64,000 nt of DNA, from the NCBI GenBank assembly GCA_050613775.1, contig JBODTK010000107.1:62001-126000 (forward strand). Reading direction: 5' to 3'. The position numbers were made by a program, and so were the translations under genes. Shown piece after piece: positions 38,937-54,064 of this stretch (position 1 is the stretch's first letter; every line of letters begins with the position of its first letter). The notes beneath the pieces were generated by a model, which made no database searches, was not told the DNA's origin, and was given only the letters and a program-made list of their open reading frames with translations. The DNA comes from Neocallimastix sp. 'constans' (taxonomy: Eukaryota).

Positions 38937-39186
38937 GATACTTGAAGATAAAGTTTATATATGATAAAAACAGTTTTGTTTATTTTATATAATAAAATGG
39001 GGGGATTTAAATTGTTGGTAATATGATTTAATTATTGAATTCAACAAAGTCAAAAAAAAAAAATATTGTTTGTAAAGATATATTTTTATTATAATTTTTA
39101 AAAATATAATTATATAAAAATTATATATACATATATAAATAAATTAAAATTAAATTAAAAAAAAAAACAATTAGAAAAAAAAAGTT

Positions 39187-39226
<40 letters not shown>

Positions 39227-39994
39227 TATACTATTTAATAAAATAATATATATTGTTTAAATAATATTATATTCCTATTATTTCTTTTATTATATTATAA
39301 ATTCTAATAAAGATTTATAACATAATCTTATTTTAATATCTTCATTTATTAAATTTATTTGTATTTATATATCTTACTACTTATTATTATTATTATTATT
39401 ATTATTATATTTAATTATTAAATTGATTATTTTTTTTTACTTTAAAAATATTTATTTTAATAAATTATGAATTTTTTTTTTTTTTTTTTTTTTGTAATTT
39501 GTAATATTTAATAAATATATATAAAAAAATATTTACTTCCTCTTTTCAAAAAAAAAAAAAAAGATGATTTATATTATTACTTCCTTATAATTTATATTGT
39601 TATTCCCTTTTTAAATTTTTATTTTTTTTTCCTATTATTTAACTATTTACTTTTTCTTTTTTTTTTTTTTTTTTTTTTTTTTAGATTATATAATTTAAAA
39701 AAAAAGAATAAAAAATTATATAAAAAATAATTAAACTTTTTTTTATTTAAAAATACAGTAAATATTAATTATAATAATTATAATAATAATAATATATATA
39801 AATAACGATTTAAATAGTATAATTATAAATTTATAATAATTAATAATTATAATTCATTCTAAATAACAATTAAATATTTAATAATAATAGTATTCCATAA
39901 TTTAGTATTATTTTTTATTTTTTATTTAAATTTAATATTTAATATTAATTATTATTTATTATTTATTTATCATTCATTATTTATTTATTTATTT

Positions 39995-40028
<34 letters not shown>

Positions 40029-40327
40029 ATTATTTATTATTAAATATTATTTAATATTACTTTATTATTTATTATTGATTATTAATTATTGATTATTGAT
40101 TATTGATTATTATAATTATTATAATTATTAATTATTATAATTATTATGATTATTAATTATTTAATTATTATTATTTAATTATTTATTTTAAATAAACAGT
40201 TTATAATATTTTATTTATATATAAAGTAATAACCTATTTATTATATATTATATGAATTAAAAATAATATTAACACGATTTATAAAAGTTATGATATAAAA
40301 AAAGAAATATTAAAATAAAATGACTTT

Positions 40328-40382
40328 TCTTCAAAATAGATGTAATTATATATAATATATATAATTACATCTATTTTGAAGA
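40328..40382. repeat. Perfect inverted repeat, 27-bp arms with a 1-nt spacer
   Basis: tcttcaaaatagatgtaattatatata-a-tatatataattacatctattttgaaga. Confidence 0.9.
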
Positions 40383-40760
40383 TTATATTATCATTATATA
40401 TGATTATTTGAATTTAAAATTAAAATGTAAATAATTTTTATATTAATATGCCCAAATATAGTTAATACGTATTTTTAATGGTTTTTTTTTTTTTTTAAAA
40501 AAAAAAAAAATAAGAATTAAAATTTTAAAATTTTAAATTGACATAATTCAAGGATTTACTTTTTTATATAAATATTATATAAATAACTAAATGAATATAT
40601 AATTTTTTTTATTAAATATTTTTTAAATTAAAATATAAAATAAAACTTTTCCTAATTTTATTCAAATGTTGAAAGTTCGATTTTATTACATATATAAAAA
40701 TTCAAAAAAAAAATAATTAATAAATAAGAGAGATGTTATTATATATTAAAAATATATATA

Positions 40761-40797
<37 letters not shown>

Positions 40798-41315
40798 ATC
40801 TAATGTCGAACCTTATAAAATATAAAATTCTGTTACTAATTTGTTGCTAATCAAAAAAAAATCAATTAAATAAAATATGTTGAAAATATGAAAACAAAAA
40901 ACTTTTAAAATTCTTTCATATGTATACTGAATAATATTTTTATATTGAAATAATTAATGGAAGCATAAAAAAGCAAATGAACAAATATATAAAATTACCA
41001 AAAAAATATTATTCTTAAGCAAATTTTTTAAAATTATGATTTTCAACATAATCATCTTCTCATTAATTATTAACACTTTTTAATAAATTGTAAAAATTAA
41101 GATATAATGAGATTTTTTCATATAGAAAAACTAATTAATTTTAAACTACTACCTAATAATCAATTAATTATTTATCAATATTATTACTATTATTTATTAT
41201 TTTTAATCATAATTATAATATTTTTAATTTATATAGTTATAAATATTATTATCATATATATTTATTTATTTACTTTTACTACTCATTTTATTACATAGTG
41301 AGAAAAAAAAAATTT

Positions 41316-41354
<39 letters not shown>

Positions 41355-42021
41355 AAAATCTTACATTAATATATGAATATAAATGGTAAATTAAATAGTC
41401 AACTTTTAAATAATTTTTCCCATATTTTTTACTAATTTATATAAAGATCTATCTTTTCTCTTTTATAATAAATTAACTTTTTTTTTTTATTTTCTTTTTT
41501 TTCTATTTTCTCTATTCTCTTTTTTAAATTTATTCTTACATTTAATCTTAGCCTTGAACTTTAATAATTTTAAACTTTAATATTATGAATTATACATTAA
41601 ACTAAATATTAAAGTTAAGAAAAAAGAGAATATTTATATATTATTATTGTCCTTTTAATATGTTATATGAATATTAATGATACTTTTTTATATATATATA
41701 GTATATACTGTTTTCTAAAAGATTTTACTTTATTTTTTTTTTTTATTAAACTTACTATAATTATTTTAATTATTATATTATTATTATTATTTTAATCATT
41801 ATTAAGATACATTCTTTGCATTATCTTTAAAAATATAATCTGTTATTATTGTTATTAGAAATACAATCTTTTATAATTATTATTATTATTAAAAAAATTT
41901 TTATTATTATCAAATATACAATTTTCTATTGTTATCATTATTAGTATAAATATACAACCTTTTCTATTTTCTATTGTTATTATATAAATATACAATATGC
42001 TATTATAAATATGTAATTTTC

Positions 42022-42073
<52 letters not shown>

Positions 42074-43438
42074 ATTATATCCTTTATAACTATTATTTTC
42101 GTTATTAATAAATATAATATTTATTTATTATTATTATTAATACATATTACCATTATATTATTTAACATTATTTAATTAATATAATTAAAAAGATTATTTA
42201 AAAATATCATATCATATTAATTGTTATTTTATTTGTTTTTCAAGAGTTATCTTTTATAATTTAATATTTTTAATTTTCGAATTTTTTTTTTTTTTTTTTT
42301 ATATTTCAACATTAGAAATAAATTTTGTTAATTATGTAGGATTTAAAGTTGTATTTTTAAAGAATTAATTTATATCTTATTTAATATTTAATATTTCATA
42401 TAAATATTTTTTTTTTATATAAAAAGATTGTACAAATTATTTTAAAATTAATTTTTCTTTAAAAAAAGAATAATTATAACTTTATTTTTTATATTGATAA
42501 AACAACATATGCACTTGAAATCTGAAATACAGCTATTTTTTTATATATATTTATTTTTTGTTTGGCATAAAAATATAATATATAAAAAAAAGTAAAATTG
42601 ATATAAATATAAAACAATGTTTTATTATATTATATAATAATAATTAAGTAAAATAGATTAATATATAAAATTACTATTACTATATTTTTTAAATTTTTGA
42701 AATAAATAAATATTATTATTTTTAAAAATTTTCTAATAATAGTTATTTTAATTAAATTATTAAATTTCTAAAATTTCTAAATATAGTATGAAATTAAATA
42801 TTAATAAAAAAAGGATTATAATTCCTATAAAATATAATATATAATATTCTTAACATCATTTTTGAGATAGATATTATAACATATATTCTTCGTAAATGTT
42901 ATAATAATAATTATTTGATTATTATAAATATTGAATATTATTTATTACTTAATTTTATTAAAATCATTTGTTTACATCAATTAATATTAAATATTAAAAT
43001 CATATAAAAATACTAAAAAATATAAATATGAATACTTCTATTACAATATTTTCAAATTTATATATAATTTTATTTTAATTTATAAATTTTTTATTATTCA
43101 ACCTATTTTTAACATTATATAAGAAAAAAAAATATGGTTGATATAAATTTTAAATACTAATAATACAAAATTTATATATATATTTTTATCTTGTATAGAT
43201 TTTTCTTTTTCTTTTTTAAAAAAAAAAAAATAAAATAAAATAAAATAAAATAAAAAAATAATCAAATTTATTTATTATATTTTTATTATTAAATTCAATT
43301 TTTTTTTTTTTTTTTTTAGCATATTATATATAGATTTTTTATTTAAAGTAATAATAATAATAATAATAATAATCAAATTTATTTAATATTTTAGTAAAAA
43401 GAAATTATAATAAAATAAATCGAAACGTTATACCAAAA

Positions 43439-45158
43439 ATGATGATTAGTGATTATAACTCAATGAGATCAAATTCATCCTTTTCTTCTTTATCTTTGGA
43501 AGAAAGGAGAATAAGATCATCCTTCAATTTCACCTCAGCAAGATCATTTATATTTTCAGAAAGGTATTCTTTAAAAGCATTGCATCTACCGCCTTCTATT
43601 GAAAATATTGATAATTTACCCAATGGACTTTGGAATTGGATTCATTCCCAAGATTCAGTGAGTCAAGAAAGTTTGAATAGTACTAAACGAAATGGAACAA
43701 AAATTATTTTTAATAATGAAAAATTAGTGAATGGCAAATTAGTTCAAAGTAAAAATATCATGACGGATAACTCAAATAATACTTCTGAAGATATTAAAAA
43801 AAAAACTAATAATAAAAAAACTTATAAGTGTCCATTACCTAGACCATTGTAAATAATAGAATATTAAAATATATTAATAAAATAAAATATAAAATAACAT
43901 ATATATATATATATTTATATAATTATATATTTACTCTAAAAAAAATTTATAATATATTATTAATATCAATAATGAAAAGTTTTAAAATTATTTAATTTAT
44001 TAATTTTTTCTAAATATAATTTATATATTTTATTATTATTATTATTGTCATTATTATTATTATTATTGTCATTATTATTATTATTATTGTTGTTGTTATT
44101 GTTATTATTGTTATTACCTCAATTTATAAAATCACCAAGGAAAAACAATTTTCTAGAACGTTCACAATCATTAAGAGGACCTGATTTATCTTTTCCAAGA
44201 TCAATTTCAAATCTTTATTCAAAATCCAGTTTACTTTCATTAAATTCGCTTTCTTCTGTATCTACAAAAATAGATGAACCATTTACTAATTCAAGTTTAT
44301 ATATTCAAGGTTTTTATTTATAAATAATAATATTATTATTGATATAAATAAAAAAAAATTGTTTTATAAATATATAAAAATTAATAAAAAATAATGATTT
44401 TTATATATGATCATAACAAAAAAAAAAAAAAAAAAAAAAAAAAATAAAATAAAAAATAAAAATAATGAATTATAGCTGTAGAATTACAAGGAAAATTTTC
44501 ATCCAAAGGTATTAAAAAATTATAATAATAATAAAAATGATAATAAATTGGATTTTATATTATAAGATAGTAAAAATAAGAATAAAAAATAAAATAAAAT
44601 ATATAATATAAAATGAAAAAAAGAATAAGAAATAAAAAATAAAAAAATAAAGATAAAGATAAGAAATAAAAATATATATATATATAAATATAAAATATCC
44701 ATATTAATTTCTTATTTTATAATTATATATATTCATTCTTCTTTCCAATAACAAAAATTTTTACATAATTATAATTTTTAAAAATAAAAAAATAATACAT
44801 GTTTTTTTTCATATCATCTATCACCTATCATATGTTATACAAAATAAAACCATTTAAAAAAAAAAGTTTCAGCTATATTTTGTGAGGTCGAAGTTGGAAA
44901 GAGAAAATATCGAACAGATCCAGTAAAATTAGAAAAAAAAAGTACCATAGTTCAAATTCATGAAGGTTTTTTATTGTAATTATTAAAATATTATCATCTC
45001 ATCCTTTACATATATATATTTATATATAAAATTTAATTAATATTATAATAGAAATAGAAATACATTTCAAATTTTATTTATTTATTTTTATTTATTTATT
45101 TTTATTAATTTATTTTTATTTATTTATTTTTATTTATTTATTTATTTTTATTTATTTA

Positions 45159-45199
<41 letters not shown>

Positions 45200-46088
45200 T
45201 TTAATATTAACGAAATACCTATAATAATAATGATAAAAAAATTAAAAATAATAAATAAAGTGACGTTCCATCTACAAATTTTAAAGTCATTATTAAAGTT
45301 TATGGTATTAAATTACTTCAAAGTAAATCAATATTTTCAACAATATTTAATAATAATAAAAAATCCATAATAATAAGTAGATCGAATGATACACTTTTCA
45401 ATAGTATGACAGATCTTAAATCAATGTCTCGAGAGAATTTATCTGAAAGTGTAGAAGTTTATTTAGGAGAAGTTAGTTTCCAATTAACTAATATTAAATT
45501 TTTAAGATTATCTGGAGTTTATCCACTTTCAATTTCATCTTCCTCTATTAATTTAAATACAATATCTTCATTGAAAGCATCTAAAATATTAAAGAGTATT
45601 AAAAATAATTCCAATAAGATACCTAAAATGGTAATTCAAATGGGAATTTTTAATGATGAATCATCTAAAATCGAACTTCAAAAGATTCCTGTAAATAATA
45701 ATATTATATTTTGAATAAAATATATAAATATATATATATATATATTTTTATATAAACTTTATTATATTATAAAAGATTCCATAGTAAAATTATATAATAA
45801 TTAATTATTTATCTTCTTTTTTTTTTTTATTTCACTTTTATAAAATATATATAAATATATATATATATATATAATTAATATATCACTTATTTAATTATAA
45901 TATTAAATATAGAGTAATATCAGCAATATCAATTTACAATATGAAAACTTTATTTCATTTTTGATTAATTCTAATCAAAAGATGGTATAAATTTTTTATA
46001 ATCTTAATATTAATAAAAAAAATAATAAATATTTCTACTAAAACATAAAAAATATAATTTCAAATTTTAAATAATTAATTAATTTTTC

Positions 46089-46126
<38 letters not shown>

Positions 46127-46277
46127 AAGATATGGCGTAGATATTGGGCTCAAATTCTAAATAATTATATGTATATCTATGATTCTGAATACAAAAATGT
46201 AAATTGATAACTTATTTACGTTTTATTATTATTATTATTATTATTTATTATTATTATTATTATTATTTTTATTTTTA

Positions 46278-46335
<58 letters not shown>

Positions 46336-46811
46336 CATAAGATTTATATAAATTATGATTTAACATTTTTATGGTTAATAAAAACTTTACTATTATATAT
46401 ATATTTTTAAAATATATGTATATATTATATATTAAAATAATAATAATAATAAAACAGAGAAAAGATCCTATAACTAGACTTAATTTAAGTTTTATTAAAT
46501 CTATTAAAAAAACAGATCCGGAACAAATTTATGTTAATAATTGTATTACTATGGAATTCCAAAGTAATTATTTATCTACAGAAACAGGAGAAGAACTAAT
46601 AGAGAACATTAAAACTATTCCATTACAATTTGAACATATAGATGGTAATGATATTTTAATAAGAGATTTAGTTAGAAGTAACGAATCTTGGTCAAATTGG
46701 AATCTAAATAGTTTAAATGAAGGTTTTAGAATTTATTGTTATACTGACTCTAAAAATGATGTTATTGAATGGGTCAAACATATTAAGAAAGCAAAAGAAA
46801 TATATCAATAA
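43439..46811 (+). CDS. Ser-rich N-terminus + C2-like domain + C-terminal PH domain (anillin/Bud4-like architecture). Exons 43439-43848, 44140-44309, 44476-44508, 44867-44975, 45261-45690, 45913-45984, 46130-46198, 46458-46811
   Basis: Eight exons join with consistent phases. The beta-rich segment LYIQAVEL...IFCEVEVG...IHEGFLFDV...VIIKVY...YLGEVSF resembles C2. IWRRYWAQIL...MYIYD...ITRLNL...YCYTDSKNDVIEWVKHI resembles PH. The family name is inference. Confidence 0.7.
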
Positions 46812-47160
46812 TATCTTTTTTTTTTTCATTTTTTTGAAAAATAGAATATATAATTAGAAAATAATTAGAATATATATATATATTAATATCTTTAAATTGT
46901 ATTATAAAGTTTTTTTTTTTATAAAAAAAATAAATTTGCTATTATTTAATTATTAATAATTTAATAAGTAAATTAAATTAATTTATAATCATTTTTATTT
47001 ATTAATTATTGATTATTTAATTATTATATCACAGTATTACTAAGAAAAAAATGAATATTATCTATCTAAATATATAAATATATATTAAGAGCATTATTAT
47101 TAAAATAATAATAATTCTTTAAAAATAATTTGATTTTTTAATAAAATACCATTATAATGT

Positions 47161-47190
47161 AAATATATAGGTATATATACCTATATATTT
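47161..47190. repeat. Perfect 30-bp palindrome
   Basis: aaatatataggtata|tatacctatatattt. Confidence 0.85.
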
Positions 47191-47896
47191 ATATTTAATT
47201 GTAGAATATGTTTTAATACATATATATACAAATTATAAATAAATTTTATCTAATTACTATTAGTAATATTATTATTAGCTTTTACTTATTTATATAATAA
47301 TGAATATTAAAATATTATCGATAGGAATGTGTATATTAATTTTTTTTTATTAACTATATTTTATTATATTATATTCTATTGATTCTCTATGCAAATAATT
47401 ATTCCTAATTGTTCCTAATTAACTTTTTTTTTATTATAATTAATATTATATTGTACGGTACATTTAAAAAAATAAAAAAAAATAAAAAAAAAATTTTTAA
47501 TAAATTTTCTTTTTTAGGAAATCTTTATTGATGTATAATCTGTATATACATAAAAAAAAAAAAAAAAAAAGTAAATATTAAAATAAATAAATAATATTCA
47601 TTAATAATATTGGATAAAAAAAATGAATAATAAATTTATCCAATTTCAATAAATTGAAATATGGATTAAATATATATAGAAAAATATATATAGATAGATT
47701 TTATGTTTATATTTCATTGTTTTTAATTCTTACTTTATTTATTCATATTTTTAAGTAGATAAATTAATTCACAACAGTTAAAAAGGTAAAAATAATAATT
47801 AATAATTTCTAATAGTTAGCCTATTTTACTATTTCGATTCATAATTATTATTTTTAATTTTATTTTTATTTTTTTACTTCAATTTTTATTCTTAAT

Positions 47897-47971
<75 letters not shown>

Positions 47972-48669
47972 TAATGAAGTTTTTTATAAATTTAACATTG
48001 TTTTTTTTTTTTTTATTATTAATAATTATGATAATCTATTAATTATAAAATAGTAATTATATATTTAAATATTTAAATAATTTTTTTTTTTTTTTAATTT
48101 TACTTTAAGTCTAAAAAAAAATAAAATTATTTTATAATAATAAAAAAATGAGATTCAAACTTAAAAAGCATAAAATAAAATAAAATATATATATTTATAT
48201 TTATATATTTTAAAATGGCATCTAATGACTAAATTCAGAAATGTTTTCTCCATTGTATCTAATAATAATAAAAATATTTAGTATTTATCATTAATTAAGA
48301 TAGTTAATAGCTAAATTCAGAACAATTTCCCACAACAACTAATAATTAATACCTGACATAAATTAAAAATAGTTAATAACTTCTCTTTACTATTTCCTGC
48401 TTTTCTAAATTAATATAAAAGATAATAATAACATAAAATAGAATAAAATATTAATGAAAAAAATAAAACGTGGCGTTTATTTATATAAATAGCTAATGTA
48501 GTACAAAATATACAATGTAACATTTAATTTGATTTTACTGCAAATGATCGATTTAATTAAAAAAGTTTAAAAAAAATAAAATGTACTATTAATTATCTAA
48601 AATATCAAACGATTAATTTAATATTAATATATATATTAATAAATATTTTTCATTTTTATAAATTGATTG

Positions 48670-48780
48670 TTAACAAACATTTCATTATGAACAAAGCCAT
48701 ATCATAATACTAAAGAATATTTTAATCCAAAGTTCTTTATTATTTTGATATGGCTTTGTTCATAATGAAATTTTTGTTAA
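48670..48780. repeat. Foldback element of about 110 bp (48-bp arms, 15-nt loop) bounded by TTAA
   Basis: The left arm ttaacaaacatttcattatgaacaaagccatatcataatactaaagaa matches the reverse complement of the right arm with about 3 mismatches. Confidence 0.85.
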
Positions 48781-48814
48781 GAAATACCTTTTTTTTTAAA
48801 CTTTGAATTAAAAT

Positions 48815-48847
<33 letters not shown>

Positions 48848-48898
48848 AGGTATTTCTTCTGTAGAATGGTAAAGGAACTATAAGAAAGGTTTCTATAT

Positions 48899-48953
<55 letters not shown>

Positions 48954-50104
48954 TTATTTATAATGCATGCATATAATATAAATATACATAATTTAATTAA
49001 GAAAGATGATTAAAAAACAAATTTTTATAAAAAATAAAACAAAAAAAATATTTTAAACTTTTATAATATTTAAAGTTTTTTCCTAATTTAAATTATTAGA
49101 AATATCATACATAGTACATTAAATAAATTCAAACTTTTATATGTAGGATAGATAAAGTATTATTGACTCTGTTAATTCAAATAGAACAATGCATATTATT
49201 AATGCATATTATTAGTAAAATTATTAATATAATTATAAAATTATATCTTTAATTGAATATTAAGTATTAAGTATTAAATAATATAAATGAATAATAAATA
49301 AATGAATAATAAATATGAATTTTATGATATAAAATTTTTAAAATTAAATTATTATTTTCTATTTCCTTAATATATATATTATTATATGCAATACATTTAA
49401 TTTATATACAATACTTAAAAGCAGTTAATTATTATTATTAATAATAATTAACAAAAAAAATTTCTATTATTTTTTATAAATATAATAGTAAAAAATAATT
49501 TAAATTAAATTATTATATTGTACTTCGAGAAAATAAAATATCTAAATATGGTAAATTTAAAAAAAAAAAAAATCTATAATATAATCTCTTTTATTTATTT
49601 TAATTTTTCTTCTTTATTTTTTTTTTTAAATTTAGAAAACCTTTTAATTTTATCAATTTGTTTCATCTTTTTTTGAAATATAGTTCTCTGTTAATAATAA
49701 ACCATTTAAACTATATTAATAAAACAAATAATGTAAGTATTCATATTTACTATAAAGTAATAAAATATATTAATAATAATTATTTTGTTTTCCAAAATAA
49801 ATTTTTTTTATTTTAAAGAAAAATAATAAAAAAAAATATATATATATAAACATGAAATCATAATTAAATATATGTTTAATGCAATTAAAAATAATGAATA
49901 TACATTTTAAATAAATATATTATTTTCATGATATTAGTATTTTGTAGTTATTTTTTTTTCCTATTTTTTTTTAAAAAAAAAATATCCTATAATTAAAATT
50001 ATAAACTTCGTTATTACATTGTTAAATTTATTAGATACTAATAGCAATTATTTTTAATAATTATTATATATATATATAAAATTATCTTATTTCAATATAG
50101 AAAA

Positions 50105-51192
50105 ATGAATAACGATATCATTGATACCTCAATCTTTGGTCAAATCCTTGAAATGGATGAAGACGAAAATGATAGATCTTTCAGTAGAGATTTAGTTGTT
50201 GATTATTATAACCAAGCTATCGATACTTTTCAAAAAATGGATTCTGCTTTGTAAATATTAAAAATAAAATAAAAAATAGAAAATAAATAAAAAAAATTTT
50301 TAAATATTATTCATAATATAAAATAAAATTTATGTTTGATAATACATATAATTATCAAATAATAAAAGATTTATATGAATAAAAATAATTAATAATAATA
50401 ATAGTAGACTTGTTAATGTTTTATTTTTATCTTTATTATTATTATAATTTTTATATATATGTATAACTAAACTAAAATTAAAAAAACAATATTAAATATA
50501 TAATTACATTTATTAAAAATTATTTTTATAAAAAAAAATTTATTATTTTATTTTATTTAATTTATATTTATATTTTTATTTTTATTTTTATTTTTATTTT
50601 TATTTTTATTTTTTATAGAGCTTCTTCTGATTTACCAACTTTATCTGACTTAGGTCACTTTTTAAAAGGTAGCTCTTCCTCTTTAGGTATCGTTAAGGTT
50701 AGACAAATTTGTGAACAAATTCAACATATTGGTAATTTAAAGGAAGGTAACGGTACTGGTGAAATTTCTTCAGCTGATGCCTTAGGTAGATTACCGGGAC
50801 TTATCGATGGTGCAAAAAGCTCCTTTGTTGAAGTAAATAATATTTCATATTATTATTTACTTATCATTATTTATTATATTTATTATTTTATTTTACTTAA
50901 ATATAAAAATACTTCCTAAAAAAAAAATAAAAAACATATAAATAATAATAGTACTAATTTATATAATTATAAATAAATATATTTATTATTTATATATATA
51001 TTTTTTTTTATTAATAATAATTATAAAATATTTAAAAAAAAAATACTTTTTATTATTTATTATATTATTTATATATTTATATATTTATATATTACTTTTT
51101 TATTTGTAATAAAACTAATCTCTTCTATTTATATATATATTCTCTTTTTTACAAAGGCTAAAGAATATTTAAATTCATTTTATCATATGTAA
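50105..51192 (+). CDS. YPD1: Histidine phosphotransfer (Hpt) protein, Ypd1/Mpr1-like, 131 aa. Exons 50105-50250, 50619-50832, 51157-51192
   Basis: Spliced: MNNDIIDTSIFGQILEMDEDENDRSFSRDLVVDYYNQAIDTFQKMDSAL|ASSDLPTLSDLGHFLKGSSSSLGIVKVRQICEQIQHIG...FVE|AKEYLNSFYHM*. Contains the hallmark GHFLKGSS. Absent from the ORF track. Confidence 0.95.
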
Positions 51193-52076
51193 AAAAAAAA
51201 AAAAAAAAATGGATAAATAACTGGAAAAAAGGAATAAAGAAAGTAATATTTAAATATTTTAAAAAAAAAAATATAAAAACTATCAATCAATAAATGAGTT
51301 TATTAAAATTAATAGAAAATATATAATGAAATCAATATATTAAAACAAATAAAACTAATAATAATAAAATAAAATAAAATAAATAGTATTAAAAAAATAG
51401 TATTTAAAAAAAAAAAATAAAAAATAAAAAAATAAAAATTAAAATAAAAATATTTTTTTATAAAATAAATAATCTTTACAAAGTAGAAATAAAAAAAATA
51501 AAAATTTAATTTAATTTAATTTAATAATACGCAATAATATATGTATTAATTAAAAAAAAATAATAATAATAATAATAATAATAAAATAATTTTAATAAAA
51601 CACTATACCATTAAATTCAATCCAATTCAAAAATCAAAAATTTTATTTATTTCAATAATAAGCAAAATAAATAAATAAATTAGAAAATGAAAAAATATTA
51701 AAATGAAAAAGTAAAAAAAAAAAAAAAAATTAAAAAAAAAAAAAAATAAATAAATAAAAATTAGATAAATAAAAATAAAAATATAAAAAATAATAATAAT
51801 AATGAAATTTTAAATGAAAATAATAATAAAAAAAATAGATAAATAAAAATGGGAAAAAAATTAAAAAAATTTTTTTTTTATTTTTATTTTTTATTATAAT
51901 TAGAACAAATATACAAATATTAATCATCAACATTATTATTATCAAGAAAATAATCATAGTAAATAAGTAAATTAAAAAAAAATAATAATAAAATAAAATA
52001 AAATAAAATAAAATAAAATTAAATGAAATAAATTTAAAAACAAAACAAAAAAACAAAGTTTTTAGAAAAATAATAA

Positions 52077-52121
<45 letters not shown>

Positions 52122-52325
52122 TTTTACTATTTTTCAAATTTTTTGTATAAAAAATTTTTGTATAACTTTTTTTTTTATTTTTTGTAATTTTATGAATTAG
52201 ATATAATAGATATATGATATTTATTTTAATTTGATTTGATTTAGATTTGGTTTGTTTTTGTGATTCTATAATGAATAAATTATATTACTATTGGATGTAT
52301 CAAAGATATCACTTATGGTATATGG

Positions 52326-52356
<31 letters not shown>

Positions 52357-53484
52357 ATTTTTGTTAATTGTTAATTATATATTGGTGTGTTTGATAAATA
52401 AATCATGACCATAAGGTATTAAAAATTGATTACATATATCCATAGTGTATTTCACAATCATGTATTTTTCAATGTGGCTTGCCAAATTTTTTAAAATAAA
52501 GCCATACTTTAAGATATTCTATATACAATCATAAATAAATATATAAATAATTATAATTTCAAAAGAAATAATAATATATTCTATTAAAAAAGAATTATAA
52601 AAAATTATTTTTTATTATAAAAAATTATTTTATTTTTATTTTTTATTATAAAAAATTATTTTATTTTTACAATTGAATATCAATAAATTATATATATAAA
52701 AAAAAGAATATTTATTATTTATTTAATTATTAAAAAGACAAGCCACATACTAAAATGCACCACATTATGAAACGCATTAGATTTTCATCCCTAATGATAT
52801 TATTCTAACCATCTAAACTTATTAGTAAATAACATAAATTATTTACTAATTTATTAATTATGATTCAATATTTCAGTTAATTTCTTCTTGTAGGCTAATA
52901 TCTATTAACATTCTCTCTCTATTTAAGCTATTTTTCATTCATTTCCTAATATATATATATATATATATATATAATTTTAAATAATCAGTTATATAGAAGT
53001 TTATTTAATAATTATAACTTCTTAAATACTTGGCAATCAATTTAAATATAGTTTGTAGATGGATAAACGTCATCTATTTGTATTTCACTCATAGTTATAT
53101 TTGTAATTTCATTATATTTATCATCACAAAGGTTTAAGGTTTATATTATGATTATATTAAATTAATTATTATCTAAAATCTATTTCACACTATATTTCAT
53201 ACTAACTATTACTATTATTACTATTAGAATATACCTATTTCACTCAAGAAAATTACCATTTTATTATTATATATATATATATAATAATTTTTTTTTTTTT
53301 TTTTTTTTTTGAATTTTATTTTACTTTAGAAAATTCTCTTCTATAAAGTATTTTATTTTTTTTTATAATTCTTATCATTATTTAATTTTTATAATCCTTA
53401 TCATTTTAAATGTTCAATTAGTTATATTTAGTCTTCCTTAAATTGACATCATGAGTAACTTTTTTTATCATAATTTAAAAATTT

Positions 53485-53516
<32 letters not shown>

Positions 53517-53564
53517 GACATAATATTGTGTAATGCAAACAATATTTTTACAAAGTTTGCTAAG

Positions 53565-53609
<45 letters not shown>

Positions 53610-53714
53610 ATCATATTAAACTCTTAATCTATTAAAGGAAAGGAATTTTAGTTTAGGGTTTTTAATTTATGTCAACTTTATTAATATATTTTATTGATAA
53701 AAGGAGTTTCTCGA

Positions 53715-54064
53715 GGGTGTGGTGCATTTCGCCAAATTGCATTTCGCCAATTTTTTTGAAAGCATGTGGCGTATTAAAAAAATGTGGCATTTCGCCAAAT
53801 TGAAAATTATTAAATAAATAAATAAATAAATAAATAAAATTAAATATTATTAATATCGCATAAATACAATTTTAAAAAAAAATATTTTGAATTAATATTT
53901 ATTTATTTATTCATTTATTTATATCAATACTCTACTTGTCGAAATGCAACCTGGCGAAAAGCAACTTGGGGAAATGCAACTTGAGGAAATACAACATCTT
54001 AATACTACGCCACTTGTCGAAATACAACCTGGCGAAATGCAATTTGGGGAAATGCAACTCTCCC
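53715..54064. mobile_element. Non-autonomous Mutator-like (MULE/foldback) MITE, 350 bp, with a 9-bp TSD
   Basis: gtttctcga flanks both sides (53706-53714 and 54065-54073). The ends gggtgtggtgcatttcgccaaattgcatttcgcca and tggcgaaatgcaatttggggaaatgcaactctccc are inverted repeats built of 15-bp units. Confidence 0.88.

Noticed and set aside
48210..48560. Possible decayed coding fragment (locally GC-richer, repeated ctaaattcagaa)
   Set aside because: No ORF or convincing motif, so it cannot be assigned by eye.
52270..53250. Possible decayed element or ncRNA between YPD1 and the MITE
   Set aside because: Only short inverted repeats; no TSD, ORF or recognisable RNA motif.
53935..54057. CRISPR-like array of 15-bp repeats
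   Set aside because: Units are contiguous with no unique spacers, there are no cas genes, the context is eukaryotic, and MITE arms explain it.
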